Source of the DNA: Prevotella sp.
GTDB taxonomy: Bacteria; Bacteroidota; Bacteroidia; Bacteroidales; Dysgonomonadaceae
Direction of reading: 5' to 3'
Assembly: GCA_031285625.1 (NCBI GenBank)
Contig: JAITVV010000081.1
Coordinates: 32,001 to 96,000 of the forward strand
Length of the DNA: 64,000 bases
Of the stretch, positions 62,889-64,000 are shown one piece after another. Under the pieces are notes generated by a model. It ran no database searches. It saw only the letters and a list, made by a program, of their open reading frames with translations, and was not told where the DNA came from. Position 1 is the stretch's first letter. Every line of letters starts with the position of its first letter. A program made the position numbers and the translations under genes.

Positions 62889-63254
62889 TTAGAATGGCAA
62901 ATCATCTCCTTCGTCACTGCTACTAAAATCAACTGGAGCAGATGGAGCTTGTTGTTGTGGAGCAGCTTGCGGGGGTACAGGAGCACCTGCTCCGGCCGGA
63001 TCTACCTTCCATGCCCTAAGGTCTGTATACCAGTTTCCATTATATTCACGGCTCTCGATATCAAAAGAAACATCAAGTATATTTCCAACTTGTAATATTG
63101 ATTCATTAATTTTATCTCCCCATAATGTCATGCATACTTTCTTAGGATACATACCATCAGTTTCCAGAATTATATTCTGTTTTCTCCACTCTCCGTTCTT
63201 TCCCATACCGGTTTGTATAGGCATTACCTGAATCAATTTAGCTGTTAATTGCAT
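62889..63254 (-). CDS. DUF3127 family OB-fold protein
   Basis: WRKQ...YPKK, FDIESREYNGNWYTDLRAWK and a DDLPF tail. Confidence 0.92.
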   Translation of the reverse strand: MQLTAKLIQVMPIQTGMGKNGEWRKQNIILETDGMYPKKVCMTLWGDKINESILQVGNILDVSFDIESREYNGNWYTDLRAWKVDPAGAGAPVPPQAAPQQQAPSAPVDFSSSDEGDDLPF

Positions 63255-63334
63255 TATAATTAGTTTTGTTTATATTTCAAAATGGAGCATAAAGGTATAA
63301 AAAAATCAGGAATTTTCAATTTTTGCCAGGATTC

Positions 63335-64000
63335 CTATTTCCTTTTTCCGATCCATGTCAGTTTTTTCCAAATATATTCTAACGGGCCGTGTTTATAATT
63401 TTTCATCCACCAGTAAGAAAACAGATACTGCAATAAAAATAAGACGATACCAAGCAAAAATGAATATGTGACTCCCAATTTATTATGCAAGCTTAAACCC
63501 CAGTTATAAAACAGAGCTGAGCCAATAATCGACTGCATAATATAGTTAGTGAGCGTCATTTTTCCATAAGGACGAAGCTTATCCAACAATTTATGTCCTT
63601 TCGCTGTCTTATAATAGAGTAATATTACCAGAGCAACGAGGAATGACATAAATGCCAGATTTGAAAGAGATCTTATTATCAACGCCAAAGGCCTCAAAAC
63701 AGCCTTATTCTCAATAAAGCCGGGAATAAGATTAACCAGACCATTGAGTGGAAGAAAGCAAATAATACCTATAACTAATACCTTTATCCAAAAAGATGCA
63801 TTTTGCTCGTTATATTTAAATAATCCACTTCTGCCGATTAGCATACCAAACATAAAAAGGGCCGGAGTCTGAAAAAAGCGGGCATTTTCCCAGGCCCATG
63901 TAAGGCTTGCGAGTTGTCCGTCCCATAAATTCATTTTCACTGTTTCCAGAAATGTACCGGCTTCCTGTACAGGATAAGCGTTACCAAAGTAATAATTGGC
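63335..64000 (-). CDS. DUF418 (YeiB-like) membrane protein, 5' part outside window
   Basis: GKMTLTNYIMQS and GPLEYIWKKLT motifs; the frame is open to position 64000. Confidence 0.92.
   Translation of the reverse strand, partial: ANYYFGNAYPVQEAGTFLETVKMNLWDGQLASLTWAWENARFFQTPALFMFGMLIGRSGLFKYNEQNASFWIKVLVIGIICFLPLNGLVNLIPGFIENKAVLRPLALIIRSLSNLAFMSFLVALVILLYYKTAKGHKLLDKLRPYGKMTLTNYIMQSIIGSALFYNWGLSLHNKLGVTYSFLLGIVLFLLQYLFSYWWMKNYKHGPLEYIWKKLTWIGKRK

Noticed and set aside
1-64000. CRISPR array, tRNA, rRNA or transposase
   Set aside because: No regularly spaced direct repeats, cloverleaf or rRNA-like sequence, or transposase motif was seen by eye.

Overview
This is an AT-rich Bacteroidales chromosomal segment, probably Dysgonomonas-like (inferred from gene content and the TAnnTTTG promoters). 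In order, it holds an ECF-sigma/FecR/SusC/SusD locus, with SusD cut by the window edge and a probable antisense sRNA upstream of susC. Next come guaA, a ThDP-enzyme + MEKHLA gene pair, tag, a redox operon containing an unannotated Cys-rich mini-ORF, pepC, a 7TM-HD phosphodiesterase, waaA and gltX. After those are an ECF/anti-sigma/DUF4097/DUF2807 operon, a CGH-family hydrolase, TamL, CYTH, GH18, porX-tsaE and a Na/Pi symporter. A very AT-rich module follows: an unannotated 58-aa secreted 4-Cys peptide, two tandem GLPGLI proteins and a TonB-receptor-like barrel, next to a second barrel and an orphan terminase-small-subunit-like HTH gene. The rest is a cobalamin-riboswitch-controlled B12 uptake/synthesis operon, cbiA, a radical SAM gene, OMP genes (one frameshifted), argB, rpsO, DUF3127 and a partial DUF418. 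The most notable items are the peptide-GLPGLI-barrel module, a dispersed GT(T/C)AC repeat element in 4 copies (one overlapping the stop codon of the orphan HTH gene), the ThDP/MEKHLA pair, and a 27-bp perfect inverted REP-like repeat flanking cbiK-btuF. All calls come from motif recognition by eye; no searches were run.
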